This document shows, piece by piece, positions 62,700-64,000 of a stretch of DNA of 64,000 bases; positions within the stretch are counted from its first letter, which is position 1, and each line of letters begins with the position of its first letter. The position numbers were made by a program, and so were the translations under genes. Source of the DNA: Vulcanimicrobiota bacterium (lineage in GTDB: Bacteria; Vulcanimicrobiota; Vulcanimicrobiia; Vulcanimicrobiales; Vulcanimicrobiaceae). Under the pieces are notes generated by a model. The model saw only the letters and a program-made list of their open reading frames with translations. It was not told the origin of the DNA and searched no databases. The DNA lies in contig CAWHWQ010000004.1 in assembly GCA_963833095.1 (NCBI GenBank), positions 160,001-224,000 on the forward strand. The letters run 5' to 3'.

Positions 62700-63439
62700 C
62701 GCCGTTGATCTTTAGTCCGGAGTTCGGGCTGTTCACCCTTGGCACGATCGGGATCATCGATCTTATCGCCGCCACCACCAACGCGTTCAACGGAACGCTG
62801 CTCGCGCGCTCGCCCAGTCACTACAAGCATTTCACCATTGTCGGCGTAGCATTGCTGGGACTCGCGGGCGGTATCGGCGGCGGCACGTTGCGCGATATCC
62901 TCCTCAACGAAGTCCCCGCGCCGCTGGTCAACCCATGGTACATGTTCTTCTGCATCGCGGCGATCATAGTTGCGCTGTTGATCGCCTATAATGGCGGGCA
63001 AAAGTTCCGCGCCGGCCTGCTTTCGTTCATGACCGCATTTACGCTGCCATGGTATGCGATCGTCGGCGCCGACAAGGCGATGACGCACCACCTGGGATAC
63101 GGCGCGGCGATTCTGATCGGCGTCATCGGCACAACCGGCGGACGCTGGATCATCGATCTCTCCTGTATGAAGATTCCCCAACAATTGGTGCGCGGCGAAT
63201 TCTTTGTCGGGACGGCTGCAATGACCGCGCTGCTCTACGTCATTTTGCGCTTCTCGCTCGGCATGGATATCATTGTTGCGACCGCCATTGCGGTGCTGTT
63301 TGGTTTCGGCTTCCGCTTGCTCTCACTGTACATGGGCTGGGAAGAGTGGGAACCGTCGGAACCGGACGCGTTGCGGGCGGGCGAAAAAGAACACCACAGC
63401 CTGACCGTCGATATCCGCGAGGAATTTAGGGAAAGCTGA
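62696..63439 (+). CDS. TRIC/UPF0126 family membrane protein
   Basis: GIGGGTLRDILL and TTGGRWIID repeats. Confidence 0.82.
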   Translation: MTPLIFSPEFGLFTLGTIGIIDLIAATTNAFNGTLLARSPSHYKHFTIVGVALLGLAGGIGGGTLRDILLNEVPAPLVNPWYMFFCIAAIIVALLIAYNGGQKFRAGLLSFMTAFTLPWYAIVGADKAMTHHLGYGAAILIGVIGTTGGRWIIDLSCMKIPQQLVRGEFFVGTAAMTALLYVILRFSLGMDIIVATAIAVLFGFGFRLLSLYMGWEEWEPSEPDALRAGEKEHHSLTVDIREEFRES

Positions 63440-63443
63440 GCCG

Positions 63444-63992
63444 CTACAACACTGCGTGCCGGATGATTTCGACGCCGACCGCGATGAAAAAGACGCCCAG
63501 CGCAACGTCGACGTAACGGCGGTATTGCGCGAGGTGCGCAACCTTGGGCGCCACAAACAGAATTGCCGTTGCGAGAGCTGAAAACACGACCGCGTAAATA
63601 AACCCCACGCCGCTCGCGCGCAGCGCGCCCAGCAATGCAAACAGCGGCACGTACATCGCAACGTTGTCGATTCCGGTAGCAAACACGATGGCCGCGATCG
63701 ATGCCGAGCGCGCGGTCGCGGTTTGCTTTCCAAACGCGGTGATCACTTTGCCCAGACCAATCGCCGCCGGCACGATCCCGAGCCATGCCACATTTCCGGC
63801 CGAGATCGTGTCCATGGCAAACGAAGCGATCAGGCAAGCGATTACCAAAAGCCCAAAGGCAATCGAGGCTTCGATGCTCGCGCGTAGCCAGCGCGCTGGA
63901 GAATTGACCGCCGCCTCGGCCGCTAAGCAGCTAAAACCATCGATATTCGTGAGAACAAAGGCCATAACGAGCACGAGCATCTGGTAGTCCAT
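63444..63992 (-). CDS. CadD-like (cadmium resistance transporter family) membrane protein
   Basis: TNID, LGIVPAAIG, GIDNVAMYVPLF. Confidence 0.65.
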   Translation of the reverse strand: MDYQMLVLVMAFVLTNIDGFSCLAAEAAVNSPARWLRASIEASIAFGLLVIACLIASFAMDTISAGNVAWLGIVPAAIGLGKVITAFGKQTATARSASIAAIVFATGIDNVAMYVPLFALLGALRASGVGFIYAVVFSALATAILFVAPKVAHLAQYRRYVDVALGVFFIAVGVEIIRHAVL

Positions 63993-64000
63993 GCTACCCA

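Overview
GC-rich bacterial chromosomal segment with no rRNA, tRNA, CRISPR array, transposase or integrase that I can recognise. The lipoprotein/NHL-repeat and regulator repertoire suggests Ca. Eremiobacterota (WPS-2); this is inference from protein style only. Most of the window is accessory metabolic and regulatory genes (SDRs, hydrolases, VOC proteins, TetR/AraC/LuxR-AAA/BTAD regulators, a LytS/LytTR pair, a vapBC-type TA pair, AlkA and MPG repair enzymes, two molybdo-enzyme subunits, transglutaminase-like proteins, secreted lipoproteins), plus a thrC-thrB-hom-metY-metX cluster. The most interesting signals are absent from the ORF track. (1) Two apparently leaderless leader-peptide attenuators: an 11-Thr leader before thrC and a Met/Thr/Ile/Cys leader before hom-metY-metX, each with promoter, antiterminator and terminator, sharing a post-stop motif. 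(2) A second copy of the Thr leader with exactly the terminator hairpin deleted, upstream of an unrelated secreted-protein gene. (3) A TGTCA-tagged REP-like family that supplies stop codons, probable ribosome-binding sites and an in-frame 8-codon loop of MetX. (4) A Tat-signal thiamine-diphosphate enzyme coupled to a diheme cytochrome c. (5) A three-gene Thr/Ser-rich lipoprotein operon. About nine single-base frameshifts in otherwise intact genes most likely reflect long-read indel errors. All family assignments come from motif recognition by eye, not database searches.
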